Source: a virus (Duplodnaviria; Caudoviricetes). Taken from it: a stretch of DNA of 29,495 bases. Shown here one piece after another: positions 1 through 10,137 of the stretch. The stretch's first letter is position 1. Each line of letters opens with the position of its first letter. The translations under genes were made by a program, and so were the position numbers. The notes below the pieces were generated by a model. That model was not told where the DNA came from and did no database searches. It was given only the letters and a program-made list of their open reading frames with translations. The stretch lies in IMG/VR virus record IMGVR_UViG_3300009095_000055, positions 1 through 29,495 of that record. The stretch is one strand, 5' to 3'.

Positions 1-942
1 ACCAGTGTGAGCGTGATTACCAGCATTTGAAGAACTTGCTGAGTGTGAATGTGAAGGCATTTGGTTAGTGGTAAGTCTATGGAACCAAGTACCGAATGAA
101 TCTCCCCTGCTCCAATTTCTAGTATGACCGTTAGAATCGGTATATGAACCTTCACCCATTAATGATCTACCTTGAATCTTTGTCCAAGTACCGAATCCTA
201 AGCCACCGTTAGCAATACTCAATCCGGGGTTCTGAGGACGAATAACAACAGAACCAACAGGAAACAAGGCTTCAAAAATACCAGTGATATTCTGTGGTGT
301 TAATGCTACATCGTTACGTTGTCCAGCTTGTGCCTCAGCATTAGTAGCAAGCTCCACAAGACCAGATTGATTAGTAGTCGCTTGCCTGAACTGAAGAGTA
401 GCAGGAGTAATTGCAGCATCATTAACATTACCTTGTTGAACTTCTTGGTTAGTAGCTGTTCTTATGATACCTGTTCTTGTAGTAGTAGCTGTTCGAGAAC
501 TCAATGATGCAGGTGTTACAGCTAGATTACCAGCAGTACCTTGTTGAGTTTCAGCATTAGTAGCAAGTTCTACAGTACCTCTAGCACCAGTGGTAGCTTG
601 TCTATTACCCTCAAATACTTCCCAGTAAGCAGTATTCCCGGCTACTGGATTACGATTGGTGTGAGTTTGGATACACTTATAGATTCTATTATCACTACCC
701 TGAACATAACTTTTATCAGCTTGATATTCAGTTTGGTTATCCCATTCAACACAACCTAGCTGGTTAATATAAGCAAGACCTTGATGAAGTTTCTGCATAG
801 ACCAGTTTTCATATTCATAGGGTGGTTTTACTTGTACCCAACCAGTCTGAATATATGAATCAGAAGGTTTTTCAATATCACCTTCTAAAGCATTTACAGC
901 CCAAATCACATTCACCGAATTCGGTTTTTCATACTTTGCCAT
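1..942 (-). CDS. Tail fibre protein (N-terminal 314 aa; continues beyond window edge)
   Basis: Absent from the ORF track because it has no stop in the window. Manual translation from ATG 942: MAKYEKPNSVNVIWA...TGWVQVKPPYEYENW...GVVEWD. It has three ATxxxxGxxxxATNxExxxG...TP repeats (T4 gp12/gp34-like), FPVGSV..NP..GFGTW, and HSH/HAH motifs. Follows the DUF2612-like gene. Confidence 0.9.
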   Translation of the reverse strand, partial: MAKYEKPNSVNVIWAVNALEGDIEKPSDSYIQTGWVQVKPPYEYENWSMQKLHQGLAYINQLGCVEWDNQTEYQADKSYVQGSDNRIYKCIQTHTNRNPVAGNTAYWEVFEGNRQATTGARGTVELATNAETQQGTAGNLAVTPASLSSRTATTTRTGIIRTATNQEVQQGNVNDAAITPATLQFRQATTNQSGLVELATNAEAQAGQRNDVALTPQNITGIFEALFPVGSVVIRPQNPGLSIANGGLGFGTWTKIQGRSLMGEGSYTDSNGHTRNWSRGDSFGTWFHRLTTNQMPSHSHSASSSNAGNHAHTG

Positions 943-957
943 AAAAATAATTCCTAT

Positions 958-1692
958 TTAGATGTTAATAAATTCAGTATTTGCAACATAGTCAAGCCTA
1001 TTAGCAGATTCTACCCAGCGATCAACTGCAAGCAGTGTTGGAGTAACAGACTCATTAGTATATTCAATTCGAACACCAGCAGGTTTAGGTAGTAATCTAT
1101 CAGCAATCTGTGTTTCATCTAAACCGGGAAAAGCTGTTAGTTCAGCATCATTCCATGCCCGACCTACATTCAATGTAAATACAGCTGGTTCAGTTTCATC
1201 AATAGAAGATCCTTCAAAGTACTCAACAATTTCTGTATTGAAAATAATACGAGTTGCTTCAATAACTTCTTCTGGTGTTGACCCAGTATTATTCTGGATA
1301 ATCTTTGCTTTCAAATAAATCCTATAGAGACCATCTGATAAAGTAACTGTTCCAGATTCAGGATTATCCAATGAATAGTAATAACCACCAGCACTATTAT
1401 CAGTAGAACCAAAGGACTTAGCACCGGGATCAGTTTGGAAACCAAAATAACCAGAAGTATCAATATCTACCAATGTTCTAGGTTGACCAATAATTACACC
1501 AATGTTATCAAGCTGCGCCCCAGAAGATTTATCAATGTTCTTTATAGTTTCAATATCAATCAGTACATCTTCAATCTGCTGATAACCATTTAACCAGATC
1601 TTTAATAGATTATCGAAATTAGGTTTATTCTTGAATTGTTCTGTAACCCTTGTTCTCGCTTGCGCTATGTAATTAACATTTGTTAAGTCCAT
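958..1692 (-). CDS. Baseplate wedge protein, DUF2612-like
   Basis: Motifs GAQLDNIGVIIG, YFGF, LSDGLYRIYLKAKI and LPKPAGV; lies after baseplate J. Confidence 0.85.
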   Translation of the reverse strand: MDLTNVNYIAQARTRVTEQFKNKPNFDNLLKIWLNGYQQIEDVLIDIETIKNIDKSSGAQLDNIGVIIGQPRTLVDIDTSGYFGFQTDPGAKSFGSTDNSAGGYYYSLDNPESGTVTLSDGLYRIYLKAKIIQNNTGSTPEEVIEATRIIFNTEIVEYFEGSSIDETEPAVFTLNVGRAWNDAELTAFPGLDETQIADRLLPKPAGVRIEYTNESVTPTLLAVDRWVESANRLDYVANTEFINI

Positions 1693-1703
1693 ATCAAATC
1701 CTC

Positions 1704-3125
1704 TTAGTTAACAGTAACGCTAACGTTACCTCTAAGGAAGTTAGCAATCTCATTATAAGCGATAACAATGTTTGAAGTACCTGTTGGAGAAGGTGTAGTA
1801 CCAATGAACAAGGAATCTACCTGATAACCATTTGAAACGTTAATTGGTGTATAGAGACGTGAATAAACAACATCATCCCCAACACTATAATTTTCAGCAA
1901 AATATGCTTCCAGAGCATTGATGATCAACTCATCAACATTACTTGGTATAGTCTGATCCTCTACAGCAGAGATGGTGATATCAATATGAATATCCACATT
2001 TACAGGTCTTGCAAAAGAAATAGTATGTGGTAAACCTTGTGAGTCCATGACTTGTACATCTACATCCCCAAATGACTCAATTCCTGCTGGTTTAACATCC
2101 CAAATCGTCTCTGCAATCTCTTGTGAGTTACCACCCCTTACAACTGCTGAAAAGGATTTAGGTGGTAAACCAATAGCATCTACAGCATTTGTCACGTTCT
2201 CATAAACCTGAACTTCTTCAACGCCTACAACTGCCAACAGATTTGAGAAGATAGCATCAATAGTACCTCTAGCATTCAACTCTTTGGATTGTGCAAATCG
2301 AATTCTCAACTCAGGATCAGTTTCTCTTAATCTGCCTAATGAAGCAGCAAGAGGATTATTCACAGTATCCCAACCAGAAATAGGTGATGCAATAACATCA
2401 AGAGTATTTGCAGGTTGTGAAATAGCACCAACTTCTTCAGATTCAGCATCAATTAGTTTTGTGATTTTCCTGAATGATAAATTAGTTGATAAGGTAATAT
2501 CTCTTGCTAAGAAAATATCATCATACGTCAAATTCACTTGGGTTGTATTTACAACAACTGAAGAGAAATCTGAAGAACCATTAATCAATGCTGATAAATT
2601 ACTAGCAATATCACCAGTAGTTTCACCAACACCTGTCGTATATGTAAATGTAGAACCACCAACAGTAACTATATAATCTGCATTATCAACAGAACTAATA
2701 ACTTCAAATCTACAACCTGATGCTTGATTATGATCCAATATAACACTATCTGATGTAAGGAATCTATTTACAGTAAAAGAAGAATCGACATAAGATTGAC
2801 TAGGAATCGAAGTATTATAATCACCACTCACCAACAAAGATACTGTAGAAGGAGCAGCTTCAAATCTTGTCAAGCCAGCATATGCAACAATATCATCTAG
2901 TGCAGTACCAGTTGCTAATCCCGGTTTAAAAGAATTATATACAGCTTCTGCTAGTTCCCAAAGATCAGCTTCTGATGCGGCATGGATACGCAATGCTCTA
3001 CCCAATACATCATTAACAGTAGTTGCAGCATCTACACCAAAGAAATTCCTAGTATCTGCAATCCTATCATCAATTACTTCCTGTAATCGTTTTACCTCAA
3101 GACCTTTACTTGTTAATCCAGCCAT
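1704..3125 (-). CDS. Baseplate J-like wedge protein
   Basis: ATGTALD, GRLRETDPELRIR, YEN.T...D..G.PP.S..AVV.GG and KPAGI motifs; 473 aa; gene order. Confidence 0.92.
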   Translation of the reverse strand: MAGLTSKGLEVKRLQEVIDDRIADTRNFFGVDAATTVNDVLGRALRIHAASEADLWELAEAVYNSFKPGLATGTALDDIVAYAGLTRFEAAPSTVSLLVSGDYNTSIPSQSYVDSSFTVNRFLTSDSVILDHNQASGCRFEVISSVDNADYIVTVGGSTFTYTTGVGETTGDIASNLSALINGSSDFSSVVVNTTQVNLTYDDIFLARDITLSTNLSFRKITKLIDAESEEVGAISQPANTLDVIASPISGWDTVNNPLAASLGRLRETDPELRIRFAQSKELNARGTIDAIFSNLLAVVGVEEVQVYENVTNAVDAIGLPPKSFSAVVRGGNSQEIAETIWDVKPAGIESFGDVDVQVMDSQGLPHTISFARPVNVDIHIDITISAVEDQTIPSNVDELIINALEAYFAENYSVGDDVVYSRLYTPINVSNGYQVDSLFIGTTPSPTGTSNIVIAYNEIANFLRGNVSVTVN

Positions 3126-3145
3126 ATCCTCACCTTCTATATTTA

Positions 3146-3514
3146 TTAAAGTTCAATTTCAATCGGAATGATAGAATCATCATCGGCAGACCTTACTTGG
3201 AAGGACAATGAATACAAACGAGTACTAGAATCGATAAATGATTGGAATTCCACTAACTGCAATACTTCAGGTTCAGAGATGATTGCTCGTTTAAGGATTA
3301 AATCAATAGATTCTTTTGACCTATTCTTTCCAAAGATACTCTGAAAATATGGTATCCCTTCATTTAGATTTAGATACCACTCACCCATGAAAGTAAGAAG
3401 TTTAATGGTTAGTCTTTGCTGTAATGATTCAGATTGTGTGAGTGTTAATGCGAAATCCCCATTTTCAAACTGAATATCATGATTTGCTAAATCTAATTTT
3501 AAGTCTGTTGTCAT
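3146..3514 (-). CDS. Baseplate wedge / sheath initiator (gp25/W-like)
   Basis: QRLTIKLLTFMGEWYLN..EGIPY motif; lies between spike and baseplate J. Confidence 0.8.
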   Translation of the reverse strand: MTTDLKLDLANHDIQFENGDFALTLTQSESLQQRLTIKLLTFMGEWYLNLNEGIPYFQSIFGKNRSKESIDLILKRAIISEPEVLQLVEFQSFIDSSTRLYSLSFQVRSADDDSIIPIEIEL

Positions 3515-3534
3515 CTCATCATATTCCTATATTA

Positions 3535-4335
3535 TTAGTTGGGAACATCTGTATTACTAGAACCAGATTGAACACCACCATGGGTGTGGTTAACAAGAGA
3601 AATACCACTTGCAACAACATCATCACTGACAACAACATTACCAGTAATACTTGCAGTAGCACCACCAGTTGATCCAGAACCAACCATTCCAGATACATAT
3701 GTGAATACACCTTGAACAAGCATATCCCCAGTAACTGTAGTTTGTGGGGTATCAATAGTTACAGATTCAGAAGCATTAATCTCAGCAGTAGTACAATTAA
3801 CCTGAACTAATCCGGGAGAATTGATAATCACATCACCAGAAGCTTTTAATCTGACTTCGCATTCTGATCCAGTACCAATATTATGAACCATTACAGTATC
3901 ATTGGTGTCATGATCCAGAGTACGTTTATCAGGATTATTTACAGCAGAAGGGAAGGAGAATAAGCCGGGAATAGCCATTGCATCATTTCGAGAATACTTT
4001 CTAAAATCAATTGGCCTATGTCTATCATTAGCACCTAATTTAAAACGATCAATAGAACGTTGTGAAAATACACATAGAACAATATCACCACGTCTTACGG
4101 GAAAGGAGAACTGAGAAGACATGCTACCGGGAAATATAAGAGGTACACTAAGAATAGGAGGATGGGCCAAAACACCATTATCAGGAGTAACACGATCCAC
4201 AAGCAACTGTACATCAACTCTTTGCTCACCCATATTTACAACATTCTCAACTCTTGCAGGCATGCTGGTGAACATCCCATTCTGTGCATTTGTAATATAC
4301 TGTCTGATTACACCTTCAAGTGTTTGGTTTTCCAT
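3535..4335 (-). CDS. Baseplate central spike (Gp138/gpV-like)
   Basis: N-terminal OB-like region (FPVRRGDIVLCVFSQRSID), beta-helix-like middle, and C-terminal HTHGGV metal-binding apex. Confidence 0.9.
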   Translation of the reverse strand: MENQTLEGVIRQYITNAQNGMFTSMPARVENVVNMGEQRVDVQLLVDRVTPDNGVLAHPPILSVPLIFPGSMSSQFSFPVRRGDIVLCVFSQRSIDRFKLGANDRHRPIDFRKYSRNDAMAIPGLFSFPSAVNNPDKRTLDHDTNDTVMVHNIGTGSECEVRLKASGDVIINSPGLVQVNCTTAEINASESVTIDTPQTTVTGDMLVQGVFTYVSGMVGSGSTGGATASITGNVVVSDDVVASGISLVNHTHGGVQSGSSNTDVPN

Positions 4336-4351
4336 TATGTACCCCTTTTAT

Positions 4352-5293
4352 TCATACTTCCTGACCAGATAACTTGGAACAATGACAAACCACATACCAG
4401 CTATTACCTCGCCAATCACCATGGAATTCGGTTGTATTTACCCTATAAATACCGGTTATTGTCGTATCTTTAATAGACACTGCTGAACCCGGTCTAATAG
4501 ATGGATTAAGAAGTGCTTTAAATTTAACACCTTTCTTTTTCGTGTCATCATCCTTAACCTTCTTACCATCACCAGAAGTCTTACTAGGAACACCAATCAA
4601 TCCCGTTAATGGTGAAATCACAAAAGCTTTAGAAACACTATTGGGAGATTCATATTTATTGTGATCACTCACATATAATCTCTTACCATCAATTCTATAT
4701 TGTAATTCGTAATCCCTAGTAATCTCATTAAGTATAGATTTAATATCACCTTGGATTGGATAACCAAATGAAAACTTCTCATCAATACGATCACTGTTGA
4801 ATGAAGCTCTAGCGATAGTTCCTGATTGAGAAACAAGATAATTAATAACTTGTCTAGGAGTTGACCCAGCAGGGAATGTCTTTGAGATGGTAGGTTGATA
4901 TGTCAATGAATCAGAAGGAACACATTTTAATGTTGTTTTCTTATCCTGTCTTCCATTTCGAATATCTGTCTCAAGCTCAGAAACAATACCTCTAAAAATC
5001 TCAATATTATTTACACCCTGATTAGAAGTACCTTTATAACCCACCTTGAGGATAATCGCTATATTATCTTTATCAATTGCTTTTATTGTATCTTCAGATA
5101 AGTTATAAAGGTCAATGGTACAACTGTTTCCCTTCTCTTTATTATCAATGTTCTTTTTTATTCTAAAAGTAATCTGCAAACCCTGATTCAAATCTTCATC
5201 GCCAACAATACTGATTGCTTTACTAGATCCAATTTCACCGATGATAATTTCATATGTTCTTTTAAATTGTAGATTATTTTGGTCATCAGCCAT
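4352..5293 (-). CDS. Baseplate hub protein
   Basis: IDLYNLS, LKVGY, TGLIGVP, LLNPSIRPG and GDWRGNSW motifs typical of myovirus hub proteins; gene order. Confidence 0.82.
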   Translation of the reverse strand: MADDQNNLQFKRTYEIIIGEIGSSKAISIVGDEDLNQGLQITFRIKKNIDNKEKGNSCTIDLYNLSEDTIKAIDKDNIAIILKVGYKGTSNQGVNNIEIFRGIVSELETDIRNGRQDKKTTLKCVPSDSLTYQPTISKTFPAGSTPRQVINYLVSQSGTIARASFNSDRIDEKFSFGYPIQGDIKSILNEITRDYELQYRIDGKRLYVSDHNKYESPNSVSKAFVISPLTGLIGVPSKTSGDGKKVKDDDTKKKGVKFKALLNPSIRPGSAVSIKDTTITGIYRVNTTEFHGDWRGNSWYVVCHCSKLSGQEV

Positions 5294-5295
5294 AA

Positions 5296-5625
5296 TCAGA
5301 AACCTTCGTCGGAATAAATAAGAATATGTGTTTGATCAATCCTTCTAGGATGATGTGGTTCAGAATCTCTCAGATCAGTTTCCTCGATTGGGACAAGTAC
5401 AAAGTCACCGGGAATCTCTTGATTCAACGAATACTGTCTAAGTAATGGATAATAAGGAACCATTTGAACACCATAAATGATAACATTCTCCTCAGCATCC
5501 TCAATATCCATTAGATAACCTTCAGAGCGATCGGAGAATCTAAATCTTAATGTATATGTCTGAGAAGATAAATCAATCGTATAAGAATAATAAGGATAGT
5601 TATAAAATGGACATACAATTTTCAT
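5296..5625 (-). CDS. Small baseplate protein
   Basis: Beta-rich ~109 aa protein between tube initiator and hub; AAGGAG SD before ATG 5625. Confidence 0.65.
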   Translation of the reverse strand: MKIVCPFYNYPYYSYTIDLSSQTYTLRFRFSDRSEGYLMDIEDAEENVIIYGVQMVPYYPLLRQYSLNQEIPGDFVLVPIEETDLRDSEPHHPRRIDQTHILIYSDEGF

Positions 5626-5642
5626 CAAACTACTCCTTATTG

Positions 5643-6425
5643 TTAATTAAATAAATCAGAAATTGCAGTATCTAAACCGATACCCTCAAGAATATCTTCA
5701 ATTACATAATTTGTAGATTTCTGTTCAGCATCACTTGTCGCATCACCTCTATCAGATTCACCAGCAGCAGCATCAGTAACATCACCGGAAGCCTCTACTG
5801 GTGCTGATTGAGTAATTTGAACATCAACTTCTTTTAAATATGCAAAACGAACTTGAGATAATGTTAGAGTTACCGACAAAGAATCACCAGTATCAACATC
5901 TTCGATATCATCATAATTTTCAATAAGACAATTCTCAATGAGTTTACTTGAGACTGTCCTACCTGTAGCAATATCCCAATCTTCATCGATAATAGAAATC
6001 AACTCTGATTGGTCCCAAGCACGTTCTAATCTTTCCCTAGCAACCTCATGTGAATATCCTCTAAAATCACTAGAAGTAACACTTGATAAACCTGCACTAC
6101 CTAATACAGATTGAATAGGTTGAGGAAGATAATCAAGTAATTGAGAAGGTGAATTAATCGTAGCACTATCAGCAGGTCGATTATATTCTGAGTCAAGTTG
6201 TGTGAGTAGTGATGGGGATCTTGTTTCAGGTGAATGAAAATCCGCACTACTCACAACAGCCTTGATATTTAGTGTTAAATTATCTTTTGAAATATGGTCA
6301 GTAATATGAGCATAACTACTATCAATAGGATGATTCGAGACATTACTCGATCTTTTCTTGCCATAAGTTTGCACCGCATCAAGATACATTACACTTGAGT
6401 CTTGGAATAGAAGAGCTAACGCCAT
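5643..6425 (-). CDS. Tail tube initiator / Dit-like protein
   Basis: LDAV.....R...V..HPID....ITDH motif; immediately follows tape measure. Confidence 0.7.
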   Translation of the reverse strand: MALALLFQDSSVMYLDAVQTYGKKRSSNVSNHPIDSSYAHITDHISKDNLTLNIKAVVSSADFHSPETRSPSLLTQLDSEYNRPADSATINSPSQLLDYLPQPIQSVLGSAGLSSVTSSDFRGYSHEVARERLERAWDQSELISIIDEDWDIATGRTVSSKLIENCLIENYDDIEDVDTGDSLSVTLTLSQVRFAYLKEVDVQITQSAPVEASGDVTDAAAGESDRGDATSDAEQKSTNYVIEDILEGIGLDTAISDLFN

Positions 6426-6442
6426 ATCATAAACCTCTTTAT

Positions 6443-8593
6443 TTATTTTTCATCAATAACTTGATTAAGAGAAGCTTCTTTAAAGATATATGCTAATCCA
6501 CCCTGTAGACGCTCTTCAACCATATTACCAATCTCTTCAACATCATTATTACCAGCCTCAATCGTAATTTGAATCTGAGGTGATTGAACAGTCGTATTAT
6601 AAGTTCTACCTTGTCTGTCCATGACATTACCGAATGGTAAAGTAGTTGGATCAGTAATACCACCGTAAGGATTCAAAGGCATATCGGGAAAGACAGGAGT
6701 TATGAATCTTGGAGATTGTTTTGTGCTATTTTGAGGCGCATCCATACTTGGTAATACTAGCTCATTATCTCCATTAGTTGTGGAAGGTGCAGCAGGGAAC
6801 ATGCTAGCATCTGGATCATATCTATGAAGCATATTTCCAAACTCTCTAGAAGATGCTAATTCTGTACCAGCATAAATAGTAGCAGCAGGGAGATTGAACA
6901 TTGCCAATGGGCCAGCTTTCATGGCTGTATTTTTAAGAACACCTGTAGTATTGGATCTTGTAGCTCTAGTAGCAGCCTTGCCAGCACCGCCTCTAGTAGT
7001 TGCACTACCAACAGCACCAATCACTGAACCTAATCCTTTAATTGTTTTAAGAATGCCAGCCATAGCCCCTAATGAAGCAACGATACCAGCAATCGTAATT
7101 GCCCATTCTTCCCAACTTAATTTCTCACCATCTAACCATTTTGCCATACCTGACATAGCAGCAGGGATAAGAAGGAATACCAATAACAACTTTCTGGACC
7201 ATTTGAACAATGCCATCATTGCTAGACCAGCAAGTTTTACAAGTCCCTCATGTTCAGAAAGAAGCTTATTGTAATCTCCAAGATCCTCACCAAGAACACC
7301 AAGTAATTCAAAGAATGCTCTTAATGGGGACATTGCATACTCAGTAGCTTTACCTAATGCAATCCAAAGTGGTTCTGCTCTCCTGATTGCATCAGACATG
7401 GTATTGAATAGATCGCGAACAGCTTTATCAAAACCTGCTTCATTAAACGTTTTGTTTGCGAGAATTACATTATTCTGGAATCGAGCAATAGCTGAAGCTG
7501 TGTTATTCATTGCCTTCTGAAGCTGACCACCAGAGTTAGCCATTTTAAGCAATTCAACAGAGAGTTTAGGGAGAAGATCTTCAGCAACCAGTTCTCCATC
7601 TTCCATCATCTTGCTTAGTTCTGCTGTAGTAACACCCATTGCTCTAGCAGCAGCTTGATATGCGCCCGGTAAACGTTCACCAAATTGTCCTCTTAATTCT
7701 TCGGCTTGAACCTTTCCCTTAGATACCATTTGTGTCAAAGCTCTCATTACACCATTTACATCATCTGTAGAAAGATGAAGAACTTTAGCGTAAGAAGAAA
7801 CTGACTCAAATATATCTCTTGTTTGTTGTCCAGCCAACTCTGTCCCTTGTGTTGCTGCAACAAAGTTCTTATAACCATCAGCAGCAGCAGTAAGAGAAAT
7901 ACCTAATCGGTTAGACATGTTCAACAAGAATTCTAACTCAGCAGCTCCCTGTTCAGCAGAACCAGTTGCGGAATTAAGACCTTGTTCAACACCAATAAAT
8001 TCTTGGAAAGCTCTACTGGATTGTGCACCAGCAAATGCTCCAACCATTAATCCCAAACCGGTATCAGAATGAAGTGCAGAAATTAATCTATGATTCCCAA
8101 CTTGTCTAGGATCACCACGATCACCAGTCATTGCTTCAGCTCTTGTTAATCTTCTTTCAGCAGCAATTAACTCTTGAATCTGTCTTTTTCTTTCAGCTAC
8201 CTGTCTACGATGAGCAGCAGCAGTTTCATCAATCGCTCTTTGGTGATCACGTTCTTTTCTTAATTCCATTTGATGAATACGTTCGGTAACTCTCTTTCGA
8301 GCCTCCATGTATTCTTTATGTGTTAATTCATTCTGCTTAAAACCTTGATCAATCCTTTTAAGGTCATTTCTCATTTGCATGAGTGAAGGTTTTACTTTTG
8401 AATAATTACTTTTTATTTCCTGAAAAAGTTTATTTTGTTTTTGTCTAGCTTTCTCTGTAGCACCACCAATAGATTTATCAGAAGCACTATTGATTTCACC
8501 AGCAGTTTTTCTCAGGTCTGTTCTGAACCTGTCCAAATTGGATCGATCATACTTAAATCCGAGTTTGGCCATGAGGACGGCGATTTCGTTCAT
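6443..8593 (-). CDS. Tape measure protein
   Basis: Tape-measure domain (ALTQMVSKGKVQAEELRGQFGERLPGA), helical Ala-rich body, hydrophobic segments; AAAGGAG SD. Confidence 0.93.
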   Translation of the reverse strand: MNEIAVLMAKLGFKYDRSNLDRFRTDLRKTAGEINSASDKSIGGATEKARQKQNKLFQEIKSNYSKVKPSLMQMRNDLKRIDQGFKQNELTHKEYMEARKRVTERIHQMELRKERDHQRAIDETAAAHRRQVAERKRQIQELIAAERRLTRAEAMTGDRGDPRQVGNHRLISALHSDTGLGLMVGAFAGAQSSRAFQEFIGVEQGLNSATGSAEQGAAELEFLLNMSNRLGISLTAAADGYKNFVAATQGTELAGQQTRDIFESVSSYAKVLHLSTDDVNGVMRALTQMVSKGKVQAEELRGQFGERLPGAYQAAARAMGVTTAELSKMMEDGELVAEDLLPKLSVELLKMANSGGQLQKAMNNTASAIARFQNNVILANKTFNEAGFDKAVRDLFNTMSDAIRRAEPLWIALGKATEYAMSPLRAFFELLGVLGEDLGDYNKLLSEHEGLVKLAGLAMMALFKWSRKLLLVFLLIPAAMSGMAKWLDGEKLSWEEWAITIAGIVASLGAMAGILKTIKGLGSVIGAVGSATTRGGAGKAATRATRSNTTGVLKNTAMKAGPLAMFNLPAATIYAGTELASSREFGNMLHRYDPDASMFPAAPSTTNGDNELVLPSMDAPQNSTKQSPRFITPVFPDMPLNPYGGITDPTTLPFGNVMDRQGRTYNTTVQSPQIQITIEAGNNDVEEIGNMVEERLQGGLAYIFKEASLNQVIDEK

Positions 8594-8596
8594 AAT

Positions 8597-9445
8597 TTAC
8601 TCCTTTAAAGCCTTGCAATTATTAAAATGCCACCTACGCATTCCAGCAGGCTTCCCGGTTTTATCGCAATGAGGACAGGTCATATCTGGAAGATTGTTTC
8701 TAGACTTCCGCATCTTATTTTTAGATTCTTCCGAGTGCTTTCTTCCCACCATTGGATGCTGAGTATTTGCCCACAACTCTTTTTTAGATTCACTCATTCT
8801 TTTTCTAGAATCTTCTGTGTGACTCTTGCCTTTGAAACCATTCCCGTATTCATGTTCTCTTTTCTTGGCAGCCTTCGAAGCACGTTCCTTGTATTCTTCA
8901 GTCTTGTAAAGCTTTCTACGAGTTTCTTTCATCTTAGATACTGATTCTGGATTTTCCCATAATGCATGAGCAGCTTTAGTGACAGATTCCAAACCTTCAG
9001 GTGTGCTACAAAAAGTCCGCCTCTTGGAAATCATGTTATCCTTGTATTCCGGGTTTTTCCAATCTTGCTTTCTCAAATCACTAAGAAACCTTTTGTGATC
9101 TTTTGAAAGATTCTTCCCATACATTGGGTGATCTTCTTTCTTTTCAAAATAGAAACCTTTCCCACCAACAACTAGATTATATACATCTTTCCTGTTTATG
9201 AAGTCTTTATCAACAATGATTTCTTCTAATTCGAAAGCCTTCTCGTATTGATCAAAACAAGCTATGATATCTCTACGGAAATTATTATATCCATATTTAT
9301 CGATAGCTTGTTTTAAAGCATAACCTGAACCAATATATTTATCAGAGAAAATATCTTTAGATTTGTGTACGCCCACATAGATCTTACCATTTAGTAAGTT
9401 GGTTGTCTTGTAAACATAGAACTTATAACCCTCAAGATATTTCAT
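8597..9445 (-). mobile_element. Free-standing GIY-YIG (Seg-like) homing endonuclease with NUMOD3-like repeats
   Basis: FYVYKTTNLLNGKIYVGVH and YIGSG; three (H)PMxG/FKG-K-H-S/T-E-E/D NUMOD3-like motifs; C-terminal CPHC..H..C. The start at 9445 has a GAGGT SD. Confidence 0.9.
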
Positions 9446-9479
9446 AATAAACCTCATTTAAATCTGCTGGTGTTATTTA

Positions 9480-9770
9480 TCAACGTTTCTTACTTGCAGC
9501 TTCTTGATCTTTATTTCCTGCTGCTTCTAGATCAGCTTGAATATCAAGTATCTCAAGAAATGTCATTAGATCACTTACTGAGTAATCCCTATCAAGTTCA
9601 ATTAGAGTTGCATATTTACTTGTGACGACTGCATAGATTTCAGGATCAAGTTCACTTCCACTATTCAGGTAATTATTCCAAACTCTTTTTGTATTTCTTG
9701 AATTAGTACCACCATCACCAGACGAACCCTCAGATTTTACTCGTTGGTATCGCCGGTGATTACTGAAAAA
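9480..9770 (-). CDS. Tail assembly chaperone C-terminal extension reached by -1 frameshift
   Basis: Open -1 frame of 97 codons with no suitable start: FFSNHRRYQRVKSEG...EIYAVVTSKYATLIELDRDYSVSDLMTFLEILDIQADLEAAGNKDQEAASKKR*. It begins at a T6 run (9771-9766), with a TGA in the same frame three codons upstream. Confidence 0.8.
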   Translation of the reverse strand, partial: FFSNHRRYQRVKSEGSSGDGGTNSRNTKRVWNNYLNSGSELDPEIYAVVTSKYATLIELDRDYSVSDLMTFLEILDIQADLEAAGNKDQEAASKKR

Positions 9771-10105
9771 ACATCGTCAAAGTTGAACTTGATAATTTCC
9801 CAAATCAGCAGAATAAGAGTACCGTAATTACCAGCAAAATGTTCATCAAAATTAATTTCTTTCTTTTGATAAGTTGTTCTTGAAAGAAGCAATGCAATGG
9901 TCTCATCATCAAGCTCATCAATCTTGTCCACAATAGCATCCATAACATCGGCATAAGAAGCTTCGCCACCACTATAGAATTTAGACATAACAGGGAGAAC
10001 AATCTTAGCAACTTTCTTACTCAACTTGAAACCAGCTCTCGCGCCAAACTGAGTAATCAAATAATCTTCACCGTTTACTGTAACTGTTTTTTGTTCAATA
10101 GCCAT
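9737..10105 (-). CDS. Tail assembly chaperone
   Basis: 122 aa protein between tube genes and tape measure; INFDEHFAGNYG....L motif. Confidence 0.85.
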   Translation of the reverse strand: MAIEQKTVTVNGEDYLITQFGARAGFKLSKKVAKIVLPVMSKFYSGGEASYADVMDAIVDKIDELDDETIALLLSRTTYQKKEINFDEHFAGNYGTLILLIWEIIKFNFDDVFSVITGDTNE

Positions 10106-10137
10106 TTAATACACCCCACATTGTGTAATAAGTTTGT

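Noticed and set aside
8597-9479. Group I intron around the GIY-YIG gene
   Set aside because: Flanks are only about 35 nt and 3 nt, and both neighbouring genes appear complete.
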